A stretch of DNA of 64,000 nucleotides from an uncultured Bacteroides sp. Its GTDB lineage: Bacteria; Bacteroidota; Bacteroidia; Bacteroidales; SM23-62. Shown here piece by piece: positions 26,406 through 36,039 of this stretch. Made by a program: the position numbers and the translations under genes. Location: NCBI GenBank assembly GCA_964431315.1, contig CAYSJH010000015.1, positions 8,352 through 72,351 on the forward strand. Direction: 5' to 3'. Every line of letters begins with the position of its first letter. The first letter of the stretch is position 1. The notes below the pieces were generated by a model. The model made no database searches, had not been told where the DNA came from, and worked only from the letters and a program-made list of their open reading frames with translations.

Positions 26406-29400
26406 CTAGAGTACAATAAGTTTCTTCATTTTTATAATCCCGCGGTTCAGGATCCGGATGCAGTAAATCCCTGGCTTCGGATCCGGGAGACTGATCCTGA
26501 GGGATCCGTACGGGGGCATTTCAGCGGTTTGAATGACACGGCCGGTTAAATCGAGCACCTGGATGACCTGGCCTCTTCCCGGCTCAGGTATGGTCACCAT
26601 GAATTCGCCCCGGCTGGGATTCGGATAAAGGTTTATTTCCACAGCTTCCGGAACCTGCACGAGATCCGCCAAGGTGGCGGTATCCAGGATCAGGATTTTC
26701 CCCGATGAAGGTTCCCCGGCCTCATAGAACCATTCCCTGGACTGGAGGGTGATGACCAGGCTCTCCTCCCCTTCCGCCTGTTCATCCGGTTCGGGTGTGA
26801 GGGTTACAATGGTTTCCGGCAGGCCCCGGGGGATCGTGAAAAAGCCGGTAAGCTGGTTATGGAGGTCCTGAAGCCCGGCTTCTCCGGAAAGAGTGAAGGA
26901 CACTTCCAGGTCGTCATCCAGTGGCCCGGTCCGGCTCAGGAGTATTTTTGCCGGCCGCATGCCTTCCTCCACGGCAAAGGTGTCGAGGATTTCCATGATA
27001 ACCGTGCAGGATTCGAAATCCGTCACGAACATAACCGCGCTGTCCGGTTCGGCGATTTCGTAACCGCCCGAGGGTTGAATGAGGAGGACCAGCTGTTCTT
27101 CGCCCTCAGCCATATTGTCCATGAAAGGCGCGACCGGCAACTTTACTGAATACTCTCCGTCCCTGAATTTAACCTGTTCGGGAAGCAGAACCGTGAAATC
27201 GAAGATCGAGGCCGTACCACCCAGCTCAAGGGGAACTGTAAGTGAGCCGTCCGGGATGGTCCTGGAGAATTCGAAAACCCCTGGTTTTCTCCCCTGTTCC
27301 GATGCAAAAGGCTGGACGGCCTTGATGTTCACCCCGGGCAAGCCGCTGGTTGTAAGGTCATCGTCCGTGAGCCGGATCCGGACGGCATGGGGATCAGCCG
27401 GTTCATATCCGTCTCCGGGCAGCAGGGCCATGATGAAAACCTTATCAGGTTCGGTAACGTGATCGTTGAGTGGACTAAAACTGAGGGTTGCCGTGGATTC
27501 TCCGTCAGCCAGGAGGATCCTTCCGGTGTAATCCTCCCTGAAATCCGAGTTTAGGCAGCTCCCCCCGGTGTGGTAATAAACCGTCAGCCCGCCGGTGGTT
27601 GCATCCCTGGTCAGGGTTAGGGTTCTCGAAGAGGCTGAGTTTTCTGCAATGAGGGTATCCGAGGCTTCCAGCCTCACGGCGGGAAGACAGCCGGAGGCTA
27701 AGGTTGTGGCCTCTGCTGCGGTGGACCAGCCGGTCTCATTCAAAGCAAGGCTGATGTCCCTCGCCTTGACCCTGTAGGAACAGGCTATCCCGGAAGGGAT
27801 GCCTGCGTCGGTGTAAGAGGGACTGTTTTGCCATCCGCTGGAATGTCCCGGTCCGGAAACGCATTCGAACGCATATTCCACCTCCCCTGAATCGGCGGCG
27901 ATTTTTGCCTCCATGCGGATGCTGTGGCAACCGGCTGCCTGCGGTGGATCATGGAACTGCATCGGGTCGGGATAGGGAGCCTGGAAATCGCTGTCCACTG
28001 CCGAGTAAAGTCCCCATGCCTTGACGGCACCCGGATTCGCTGGCCAGTCCCATATCCTCACATATCCGTTCTTTTCCTCATAGACCAGTTCGGAATAGGG
28101 ATAGGCGAAGCCCGTCATCTTCACCCCGGCGAAGGAAGCCTGTGCGTCCTCCACCTTGAAGAGCGGCTGCTCGGTTTCCTCCTTCTGCTGGGCGTAGATC
28201 CATGCCCCTAACAGTTCCGTGGCCCCGCCTTTTTTCGTATTGATCTTGATCTGCGCCTTTTCGGTTTTCAGTCCCAGTATCCAAACCGTCGCCCCGTTGC
28301 TGAGGATGTTGGTGACATCGCCCTGTTCGGTATTGATCTGTCGACCCCAGAAATGCTGATCCGGATTTTCGAGGACGATTCGTGAAACATAATCCTCTAT
28401 GAACAGGTCCCCCGACCCGTAGCCGGTGACGTCTATCCCGGTGACGCTGCTGATCACGAGGGCACGGCTGGCCCGGTGTTCGATGGTCACATAATTGTAG
28501 ATCCCGTCAAGCCGTTCGAAGATCACGGCTGGGGCGTCCCCCTCGTCGAAAATGAATTTCCCCGAACCGGTAAGCCTGGCCTCGCAGCCGATGATCCGTT
28601 CGACCGAACCGCGGATGTATACCGTCCCGTTGATCCGGTACTGGGCCGAGCTGCCCAAAATTGCAGGCAGGTAAACGGTTTTGGCACCGGGCTGGTCGAT
28701 GGCATCCTGCAGGGCCTGCGTACAGTCCACGTTATTGTCCCCCACCGCCCCGAAATCGGTGATGTTCACCCAGTCTGCCGTATCGCCCCAGGCAATCTCC
28801 GGGGTTTCCTTTACGGGAAGGTTGAGGGACCTTCCCGTTGACGGGAACATGGAGTTTACCCCGTCCGAAGTATATTCCCAGATGGTTGTCTCCTTTGAAC
28901 CGATCCCGTGGCCGGCATCGTTCTGTATGGTCATGCCGTAGTCCCCGGAGCTCAGGTTGCGGACGAACAGGACGCTCTTGTTGGTGATGCCGTTAGACCC
29001 GGACTCCCCTCCTTCTAGGACGGCATCCACCAGGGTCATCACGCCCTGGTTCAGGATTGCCTGAACGGAGTTGTTGCTTTTAAAATCCCGGATCGCGGAG
29101 ACGACCCCTGAAGTTCCCCAGAAACCGGCAATGTTCTGGTTTTCCACCCTGATCTTTTCGAAAGTCATGGAATTGAAGGCCGCACTCATGACACCGTAAT
29201 CGAACCCGTTCACATAAAGATCCTTAATATATCCAGGCCCGATCTCCCCGGTATAGGCCAGGTCAAGTCCCGCTACCCCCTGCCCGTCTTCCGAAACAAT
29301 CCCGATGTGCCGCATGGTCCCCTGGTTGTTGCAGACAAACTGGATGCCGGCAGCGCCGGGATTTCCTGTCCCTGTGCTGACCGTAAGGTTGCGGATGGCA

Positions 29401-29879
29401 TTCCGGAACCGCTGTGCCGGGGCGGTGCCCATCCAGATCACCCCTTTCCGGTTGTTGGGGTCCTGGAACCCGGGACAATCGTCTAGCAGCCTGATAATGG
29501 TACTGTCCCGGCTCTGGCCCTGAAGGATGACCCTTTTGTGGCAGGTTCCGCAGTCCGAGGTGGGGTGGTCCGTGGGACTGATCCGGATCGTCCCGGAAAC
29601 ATCGTAGATCCCGTTCGGGAAATAAACGATGTGGTTCGCATTTCCGGCAGCGGTCATGGCATCCAGGATGGCATCCAGGTCATCCAGCCCGTCACCGGGT
29701 ATGGCCCCGTAATCGAGTACATTGTAGACACCTGCATCGGCCGGGAAAACAATGTTTACATCCTGTGCCACTGCAGTGGAATAAAGAAAAGGGATGGCGA
29801 AAAGTCCCCCTGTAAAAAACAGGCATCTGGAGAGAACGTATTTTAGCATGACATTCAATTCCTGGGGTTCAGCCTTCAT
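26406..29879 (-). CDS. large secreted protein: two tandem right-handed beta-helix (pectate-lyase-3/GH55-like) domains, Fn3-like domain, three Calx-beta-like domains, T9SS C-terminal domain
   Basis: Two copies of the motif seen at the start of Pectate_lyase_3/GH55-type beta-helices are present: YNVLDYGAIPGDGLDDLDAILDAM...VYFPNGIYDVSGTIRI and VNITDFGAVGDNNVDCTQALQDAI...VYLPA...YRINGTVYI. Calx-beta-like repeats are also present (e.g. ...LTLTRDATTGGLTVYYHTGGS...DYTGRILLADGESTATLSF...). The C-terminus INLYPNPSRGEFMVTI...GIYCIRI is a T9SS CTD. The start may instead be the Met at 29849. Confidence 0.7.
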   Translation of the reverse strand: MKAEPQELNVMLKYVLSRCLFFTGGLFAIPFLYSTAVAQDVNIVFPADAGVYNVLDYGAIPGDGLDDLDAILDAMTAAGNANHIVYFPNGIYDVSGTIRISPTDHPTSDCGTCHKRVILQGQSRDSTIIRLLDDCPGFQDPNNRKGVIWMGTAPAQRFRNAIRNLTVSTGTGNPGAAGIQFVCNNQGTMRHIGIVSEDGQGVAGLDLAYTGEIGPGYIKDLYVNGFDYGVMSAAFNSMTFEKIRVENQNIAGFWGTSGVVSAIRDFKSNNSVQAILNQGVMTLVDAVLEGGESGSNGITNKSVLFVRNLSSGDYGMTIQNDAGHGIGSKETTIWEYTSDGVNSMFPSTGRSLNLPVKETPEIAWGDTADWVNITDFGAVGDNNVDCTQALQDAIDQPGAKTVYLPAILGSSAQYRINGTVYIRGSVERIIGCEARLTGSGKFIFDEGDAPAVIFERLDGIYNYVTIEHRASRALVISSVTGIDVTGYGSGDLFIEDYVSRIVLENPDQHFWGRQINTEQGDVTNILSNGATVWILGLKTEKAQIKINTKKGGATELLGAWIYAQQKEETEQPLFKVEDAQASFAGVKMTGFAYPYSELVYEEKNGYVRIWDWPANPGAVKAWGLYSAVDSDFQAPYPDPMQFHDPPQAAGCHSIRMEAKIAADSGEVEYAFECVSGPGHSSGWQNSPSYTDAGIPSGIACSYRVKARDISLALNETGWSTAAEATTLASGCLPAVRLEASDTLIAENSASSRTLTLTRDATTGGLTVYYHTGGSCLNSDFREDYTGRILLADGESTATLSFSPLNDHVTEPDKVFIMALLPGDGYEPADPHAVRIRLTDDDLTTSGLPGVNIKAVQPFASEQGRKPGVFEFSRTIPDGSLTVPLELGGTASIFDFTVLLPEQVKFRDGEYSVKLPVAPFMDNMAEGEEQLVLLIQPSGGYEIAEPDSAVMFVTDFESCTVIMEILDTFAVEEGMRPAKILLSRTGPLDDDLEVSFTLSGEAGLQDLHNQLTGFFTIPRGLPETIVTLTPEPDEQAEGEESLVITLQSREWFYEAGEPSSGKILILDTATLADLVQVPEAVEINLYPNPSRGEFMVTIPEPGRGQVIQVLDLTGRVIQTAEMPPYGSLRISLPDPKPGIYCIRILNRGIIKMKKLIVL

Positions 29880-29906
29880 GACAGGATCAATCGTCCCGTG
29901 ACAGGA

Positions 29907-31328
29907 TCAATAGCCCGGATTCTGAACCAGTTTTCTGTTCAGTATCAGCTGGTAGGCAGGGAGGGGCAATTTCTCCTGGTATTCCTGCAATCCCAGTATT
30001 TTTTCACAAAGGCCCATCCTCTTGGCATCAAAAAAACAATGGGTTTCGTAATAAAGTTCCTTTCGTCTTTCCCACCAGAGGAATTCCCAGAAATCATCCA
30101 TGTTACTGAAATCCGCGGCCCTGTATATTTTATGAGGCTGTCCCTGGAAGGCGCGGTTGCGTACCTGCTCGATCAGGCTGAAGATCTCCGTGGCATTGGC
30201 ATTGTAATCCTTTTTCGCCAGGGCTTCCGCCTTCAACAGGAGCATGTCTGCGAGCCGCAGCACCCACTGCGGGTAACTGTCGTAAACGAATCCATTGATA
30301 GCCCTTTTATCATACCCCAGCTTTCCAAGGTAAAGATCATCCCTTACAGGCGGGATGTAAATGCGGTTGATGTCCACATCCCTCCGGGTATCCCCGGCCT
30401 CGAAGGAGTTAAAAAATTCCCTGGTCGGCCTGTACCAGATCTGGGCGGGGACCGCCAGGGAGGCCGAATTGCTTCCGTCCTGCGGGTTGCCGTTGTTTGT
30501 AAAGTTGATCAGGAAGATTCCCTCCCTGCTGTCCTTGTTATCGACCATCATCAGATCGCCATAGAAAGGCTCCAGCTCATATTTTCCGCTGCCGATGACA
30601 TCGCTTATCAGGTTGATGGCCCGGTCCAGGTCGTACAGGGGTTCGGGGGCCATCATCAGTACTTTTGCAAGAAGGGCCATGGCCGAATACCTGTCGGGCC
30701 TCGCCTCCCATTCACCCGGCCTCAGAACGCCGATGTTCGTCTCCGGCAGGTTTTCGATGCAATATTCCAGCTCATCGATAAGGAAGGCATAACATTCTTC
30801 CTCCGTGTTGCGCGGCGGGGATAGCTGGGCAGGCAGGTCCGTGATGAGCGGGATGCTTCCCCAGATCATGGTCATGATGTGGTAATGCAGGGCGCGCATG
30901 AACTTTGCTTCCGAAATGGCCGCGAGTTTCCTTGCAGGGTCCCGGAACGGCGTGATATCAATGAAAGCGAGAAAATTATTCGCCCTGGCAGCATGCGCCC
31001 AGAGTTCATTCCAGTGACCGTCAATGAACCCATTCTCAGGTGTGACCGATTTCTGCCAGTACTGGTTGGCCGCTGCATTGGCCGGTCCAGAGGTGCTGCC
31101 AGTGCCACTGGGGTCACCGTAATACTCCATTGTGAAATTAGTGATCCTCCACCAGGACCGTCCCCTGTAGACCATCACCAGGGCAGCTTCGGCATTGGCC
31201 TCCGACTCGAACAGTTTTTCGTCCACGATCGCATCGTAAGGAGTGAGACTCAGCTGGTCCTCAAAACAGGAGGCCAGAAAACTTGATAGCAGCAGGAAAA
31301 GGCTGCACTTAAAGAGGTAAGTTTTCAT
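29907..31328 (-). CDS. SusD/RagB-family outer-membrane glycan-binding lipoprotein (paralog 1)
   Basis: It has a lipoprotein signal (...LLLSSFLASC). SusD-like TPR-rich patterns are present (AEAALVMVYRG, EAKFMRALHYHIMTMIWG, LLKAEALAK, WWERRKELYYETHCFFDAKR). Confidence 0.9.
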   Translation of the reverse strand: MKTYLFKCSLFLLLSSFLASCFEDQLSLTPYDAIVDEKLFESEANAEAALVMVYRGRSWWRITNFTMEYYGDPSGTGSTSGPANAAANQYWQKSVTPENGFIDGHWNELWAHAARANNFLAFIDITPFRDPARKLAAISEAKFMRALHYHIMTMIWGSIPLITDLPAQLSPPRNTEEECYAFLIDELEYCIENLPETNIGVLRPGEWEARPDRYSAMALLAKVLMMAPEPLYDLDRAINLISDVIGSGKYELEPFYGDLMMVDNKDSREGIFLINFTNNGNPQDGSNSASLAVPAQIWYRPTREFFNSFEAGDTRRDVDINRIYIPPVRDDLYLGKLGYDKRAINGFVYDSYPQWVLRLADMLLLKAEALAKKDYNANATEIFSLIEQVRNRAFQGQPHKIYRAADFSNMDDFWEFLWWERRKELYYETHCFFDAKRMGLCEKILGLQEYQEKLPLPAYQLILNRKLVQNPGY

Positions 31329-31382
31329 TTCTAAAAAATTATTTAGGTCATGTTGTTGAATTGACGTTCGTATCTTTTGCGA

Positions 31383-32825
31383 TCAATAACCTGGATTCTG
31401 TTCCAGGTTTGGATTCAGGGTGAGATCGTAGCTGCTGTAAGGCAGAACTTCCTGGTATTCCTCCAGTCCCAGCATACTCTGGCAAAGGCCCATCCTTTTT
31501 GCATCAAAGAAACAGTGGGTTTCGTAGAACAATTCCTTTCTTCTTTCCCACCAGAGGAATTCCCAGAAATCATCCAGGCTTGCAAAATCTGCTGCCGAAT
31601 ATACCTTGTGGGCCTGTCCATGGAAGGCACGGTTGCGGACCTGCTCGACCAGGCTGAAGATCTCCGTTGCATTGGCATTGTAATCCTTTTTTGCCAGGGC
31701 TTCCGCCTTCAGCAGTAGTATGTCTGCCAGCCGGAGCACCCACTGGGGATAGCTGTCGCGGACGAATCCGTTAACGGCCCTCGGGTCGTATCCCAGTTTA
31801 CCAAGGTAAAGATCATCCCGAACGGGCGGGATATAAATACGGTTGATGTTTACATCCCTTCGGGTATCACCATCCTCGAAAGAATCATAAAATTCCCTGG
31901 TCGGCCGGTACCAGATCTGGGCGGGAACGGCCAGGGATGCTGAATTGCTCCCGTCCTGGGGATTGTCGTTGTTGGTGAAATTGATCAGGAAGATGCCTTC
32001 CCTGCTGTCCTTATTATCGACCATCATCAGGTCACCGTAAAATCCCTCCAGTTCGTATTTTCCGCTTCCGATAACATCGTTGATAAGGGTAATTGCCCTG
32101 TCCAGGTCGTAGAGTTCACCCGGGGCCATCATCAATACCTTGGCCAGCAGTGCCTCAGCAGCATACTTGTCAGCCCTGGCTTCCCATTCCCCCGGCCTGA
32201 GCACGCCGATGTTGTTTTCCGGCAGATGCTGAATGGCAAATTCAAGTTCCCGGATGATGAAGGCATAGCATTCTTCTTTCGTATTCCTTGTCGGATGGAG
32301 CGGCACAGGGAAATCCGTTGCCAGCGGTATGCTGCCCCAGATCATGGTCATGTAATGAAAATACATGGCCCGCATGAATTTTGCTTCAGCCTGTGCAGCC
32401 AGTTTCCTGGCCGGATCACGAAATTCCGTGTCTTTCGCAAGGGCAAGGAAGTTATTCGACCGGGATGCGTGGTCCCATAGTTCTGAATACTGGCTCTGGA
32501 TGACGTCATTCTGCGGATTAATAGATTTCTGCCAGAAGGCATTCGGCGCAGCCCTTGACGGTCCCGATGTACTGCCTGTGCCGGATGGATCCCCGTAGTA
32601 TTCCCAGGAAAAGTTCCATATCCGCCACCAGCTTCGTCCCCGGTAAACCATCACCAGGGCAGCCTCGGCATTCTCTTCGGTCTTGAACAGTTCCGTATCA
32701 AGAAGCGCGTTATAGGGAGCCAGGTCAAGCTGATCCTCGAAGCAGGTAACCGTCATTAGAATAAGAAACAGTAAGGTGCATAACCTGATTGTCATAACCC
32801 TGTAGTTGATCTTATTAATATCCAT
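31383..32825 (-). CDS. SusD/RagB-family outer-membrane glycan-binding lipoprotein (paralog 2)
   Basis: It aligns without gaps to paralog 1 over 453 residues from the lipidated Cys, with about 79% identity by hand count. The start may be the internal Met at 32795 (MTIRLCTLLFLILMTVTC). Confidence 0.9.
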   Translation of the reverse strand: MDINKINYRVMTIRLCTLLFLILMTVTCFEDQLDLAPYNALLDTELFKTEENAEAALVMVYRGRSWWRIWNFSWEYYGDPSGTGSTSGPSRAAPNAFWQKSINPQNDVIQSQYSELWDHASRSNNFLALAKDTEFRDPARKLAAQAEAKFMRAMYFHYMTMIWGSIPLATDFPVPLHPTRNTKEECYAFIIRELEFAIQHLPENNIGVLRPGEWEARADKYAAEALLAKVLMMAPGELYDLDRAITLINDVIGSGKYELEGFYGDLMMVDNKDSREGIFLINFTNNDNPQDGSNSASLAVPAQIWYRPTREFYDSFEDGDTRRDVNINRIYIPPVRDDLYLGKLGYDPRAVNGFVRDSYPQWVLRLADILLLKAEALAKKDYNANATEIFSLVEQVRNRAFHGQAHKVYSAADFASLDDFWEFLWWERRKELFYETHCFFDAKRMGLCQSMLGLEEYQEVLPYSSYDLTLNPNLEQNPGY

Positions 32826-32858
32826 TTCGTTGGTGTTTTACATCGTTCATAAAACATT

Positions 32859-35800
32859 CTAGAAATTCAGCCTGACCCCGGCGACAAATAATCTTGCCTG
32901 TGGAACACCTCCCATGTCGATTCCCTGGCTTCCATTCGTGGCTATTTCCGGGTCGTACATGCTGTAGTTGGTAATGGTGAGCAGGTTTTCCCCGGTGACG
33001 TAAACATGGGCCGAGCTCATTCCCAGGCGGGACATTGCCCTCTGGGGTATCCTGTAACTGAGGGTAATGTATTTGAGACGGACGAAAGAACCGTCCTCAA
33101 TGAAACGCGTCGAGGGGGTATCGCTGTTGGCATTGGGATCGACTACGGTGGCGCGGGGTACGTTGGTAATGTCCCCGGGGTTTCTCCAGCGGTCCAGCAC
33201 GACAGAGGAATAATTAAAAAAGTGATCCATCCGTTCAATCTCCCTCCGGGTAAGGGAATAGATATCATTGCCGTAGGTTCCCTGGAAGAAGACCGAGAGG
33301 TTCCAGTTCTTATAGGTAAAGGTATTTTCAAAACCGAAATAGAAATCGGGATTCGGATTTCCGATGATCACACGGTCATCTGAAGTGATGATTTTATATG
33401 GATTCCCGTTGATGTCCAACAGGATATTCCCGACGGAATCGGTTTGAAAACCGTTCATATTCTTGAAGATCACATCCCCGGCGGATGTCCCGATGTACTG
33501 GTATGGCTGTATAGTCCCATCGGGAAGCGTGACGTTCCTGCTGTCCACAGATTCCTGGTCCGGGAAAACCCCTTCCATCACGTATCCGTAATGCGAATCG
33601 ATCGGGTAACCTACCCGGACAATGTTCTGTTCGCCGCTGAACTGGTCATCGAGCCCGCCCAGGTCGGCCACCTTGTTCCTGTCTGCCGACAGGGTAAGGG
33701 TTGTGGACCAGGAGAAGTTACTTTTACTGATGTTGAATGTGGTCAGCTGAAAGTCCAATCCCTTTACATTAACCCTGCCAAGATTCAGGTAGCCTGCGGT
33801 ATATCCGGTATGAGGGGGAAGATCAGCATTGTATAAAAGATTATAGGAATCCTTGTTGTATATATCGATGGTCGTTGTGATCCGGTTATTCCAGAGTCCC
33901 AGATCCAGTCCCAGGTTCTGTTCCACACTCTCCTCCCACTGCAGGTAAGGATTCGGTGCCCGGCCGGTATTCGGGGAGAAACCGGCGGCCAGGTCATCGT
34001 TGTTCCACATTCCATGCCCGGTAGCGCTCCAGAAACTGGCATAGAGGTAACTGCCGAACGCATCATTACCTGTTTTGCCATAGGTTAACCTGAGTTTCCC
34101 GTTGCTCAGGAATGCCAGCGGCTCCATGAAATTTTCCTCCGAAAACCTCCATGCAAGGGAGCCGGAAGGGAATACGCCCCAGCGGTTCTCAGGCCCGAAC
34201 CGGGATGAACCGTCAGCTCGAAAATTTAACTGGAAAAAATACCTGCTGTTGTAATTATAGGTCAGCCTGCCCACGTAGGAAAGTTTCAGGTAGTCGCTCC
34301 TTCCTGACCCTGCAGTATAACCCACCGTCAGCCCTGGAAAATTCCTGTATTCAACATACACGTGGGGAATGGTATCGGTGGGGTAACCCCTTCTGCTTGC
34401 ACTCATGCTATAGCTGTGGCTGCTCTCGGTAACAAAACCGGCAAGGGCTTCCAGGTTATGCTGCCCGAGGGACTTCTGGTAACTGAGGAAATGGTTCATA
34501 TCCCATCCGAATCCCTCTGATGTGCTGGAAGAAGCAGATCCGCTGGCCTGACGGCCCACATCCGTATGGTACCTGGACCGGTAACTGGAACTCTTGGAAA
34601 GGGAGATCTGGGACATCAGGTCGAACCGGTAGCTTAGTCCCGGCAAAAACTCGTACACCAGGCCATATTTGGCAACAAGCCGTGTATTGTAACCTCTTCC
34701 GTAGGATCCATTGATGTTAGCAGGCGGTATGTCAACATTTGGCTGGAAGGGATTCACAAAGTAACCCCCGTTCCTTTCGTCGTATTTTGGTATGAGCTCA
34801 TAGGTGTTCAGGGCAGTCAGGATGGTTGCCCCGTTCCAGGCAAATTCACCCTCGGTGACGGTCCGCCGTGAAGTTCTTGTAACGGCAAGATCCGTCATCA
34901 TGCTCAGTTTGTCCGACAGCTTGTAGTCCAGGTTTGACCGGAAGGTAAAGCGCTGGTATTCGGTCGGCTTCAGGTAACCTTCCTCGGACAGGTAACCTGC
35001 TGAGACATTGTAGGCGAATTTTTCCTGCCCTCCGGCAAAGGCAAGCGAGGCATTATGCCGCATGGCCACCCTGAAGATCTCATCCTGCCAGTCGTTATGA
35101 ACCAGGTTGTTGGTGTCGATCATTCCCCCCAGGGGGTCGAGGGCGGAACGGTACTGGTCCCCCAGCATGGAAGAAATATCGGTTTCCCTGCCAAGTTCCC
35201 TGATCAGGTCAAGGGATTGTTCCGAATTCAGCACCCCGAGTTTCTCGGGCGGGAATATCCAGGTTGCGCTGTAATTGGCATTCACCCGCGTCTTTCCGGC
35301 CTCGCCCCTGCGCGTTGTGATGAGAATGACCCCGTTTGCACCAGCACTTCCGTAAATCGCTGCTGAGGCCGCATCTTTCAGAACGCTGAAGGAGAGCACG
35401 TCGTTGAAATCGACCGAACCCATCGGTACACCCGGTACCCCGTCGACAACGATAAGGGGACTGTTACCGGCCGAGATGGAGCTGCGCCCGCGGATCAGCA
35501 ACGATGGATCGCTTCCCGGCTGGCCCGAGTTGGATTTTACATACACCCCTGCGGCGCGGCCCTTCAGGGCCTCTCCGGCAGATACGATCGGAATGGTTTC
35601 CAGGTCGTCGGATTTGACGACCGAGACAGCCCCGGAAAGATCGATTTTCTTCTGCGTACCGTATCCGATCACGACAATCTCATCGAGTGCCTGGACGCTT
35701 GTCTGCATGGTCACATCCAGACGGGTCTGGTTGCCCACCATCAGGTCCTTCTCGTGGTACCCGACATAGCTGAAGCGAAGGACTGAATTCTGGTCCTGTA

Positions 35801-36005
35801 CGACGATGGTATAATTCCCGTCGACATCCGTAATGGTCCCGCTCGTTGTACCCTGCAGAACGACGTTTACGCCGATCAGGGCTTCCGCGGTTTCGGCATC
35901 CGTAACCTTTCCGGTTACCGTCATCTGGCCGTACAGGAAAACGGAACCTGATGCCAGGGTTAGCAGCAGGGTGATTACCTTTTTAAATATGACTGTGTAG
36001 TTCAT
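32859..36005 (-). CDS. SusC/RagA-family TonB-dependent transporter (full architecture)
   Basis: The domain order is: signal peptide; carboxypeptidase-regulatory-like domain (VTGKVTDAETAEALIGVNVVLQGTTSGTITDVDGNYTI); TonB-box region DEIVVIGYGTQKKIDLSGAV; plug (LKGRAAGVYV...LIRGRSS); a large beta-barrel; and the terminal ...VAGVRLNF. Confidence 0.95.
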   Translation of the reverse strand: MNYTVIFKKVITLLLTLASGSVFLYGQMTVTGKVTDAETAEALIGVNVVLQGTTSGTITDVDGNYTIVVQDQNSVLRFSYVGYHEKDLMVGNQTRLDVTMQTSVQALDEIVVIGYGTQKKIDLSGAVSVVKSDDLETIPIVSAGEALKGRAAGVYVKSNSGQPGSDPSLLIRGRSSISAGNSPLIVVDGVPGVPMGSVDFNDVLSFSVLKDAASAAIYGSAGANGVILITTRRGEAGKTRVNANYSATWIFPPEKLGVLNSEQSLDLIRELGRETDISSMLGDQYRSALDPLGGMIDTNNLVHNDWQDEIFRVAMRHNASLAFAGGQEKFAYNVSAGYLSEEGYLKPTEYQRFTFRSNLDYKLSDKLSMMTDLAVTRTSRRTVTEGEFAWNGATILTALNTYELIPKYDERNGGYFVNPFQPNVDIPPANINGSYGRGYNTRLVAKYGLVYEFLPGLSYRFDLMSQISLSKSSSYRSRYHTDVGRQASGSASSSTSEGFGWDMNHFLSYQKSLGQHNLEALAGFVTESSHSYSMSASRRGYPTDTIPHVYVEYRNFPGLTVGYTAGSGRSDYLKLSYVGRLTYNYNSRYFFQLNFRADGSSRFGPENRWGVFPSGSLAWRFSEENFMEPLAFLSNGKLRLTYGKTGNDAFGSYLYASFWSATGHGMWNNDDLAAGFSPNTGRAPNPYLQWEESVEQNLGLDLGLWNNRITTTIDIYNKDSYNLLYNADLPPHTGYTAGYLNLGRVNVKGLDFQLTTFNISKSNFSWSTTLTLSADRNKVADLGGLDDQFSGEQNIVRVGYPIDSHYGYVMEGVFPDQESVDSRNVTLPDGTIQPYQYIGTSAGDVIFKNMNGFQTDSVGNILLDINGNPYKIITSDDRVIIGNPNPDFYFGFENTFTYKNWNLSVFFQGTYGNDIYSLTRREIERMDHFFNYSSVVLDRWRNPGDITNVPRATVVDPNANSDTPSTRFIEDGSFVRLKYITLSYRIPQRAMSRLGMSSAHVYVTGENLLTITNYSMYDPEIATNGSQGIDMGGVPQARLFVAGVRLNF

Positions 36006-36039
36006 TATTTTAGTTTTATCAGGTTTCTGTTAAATGGAT

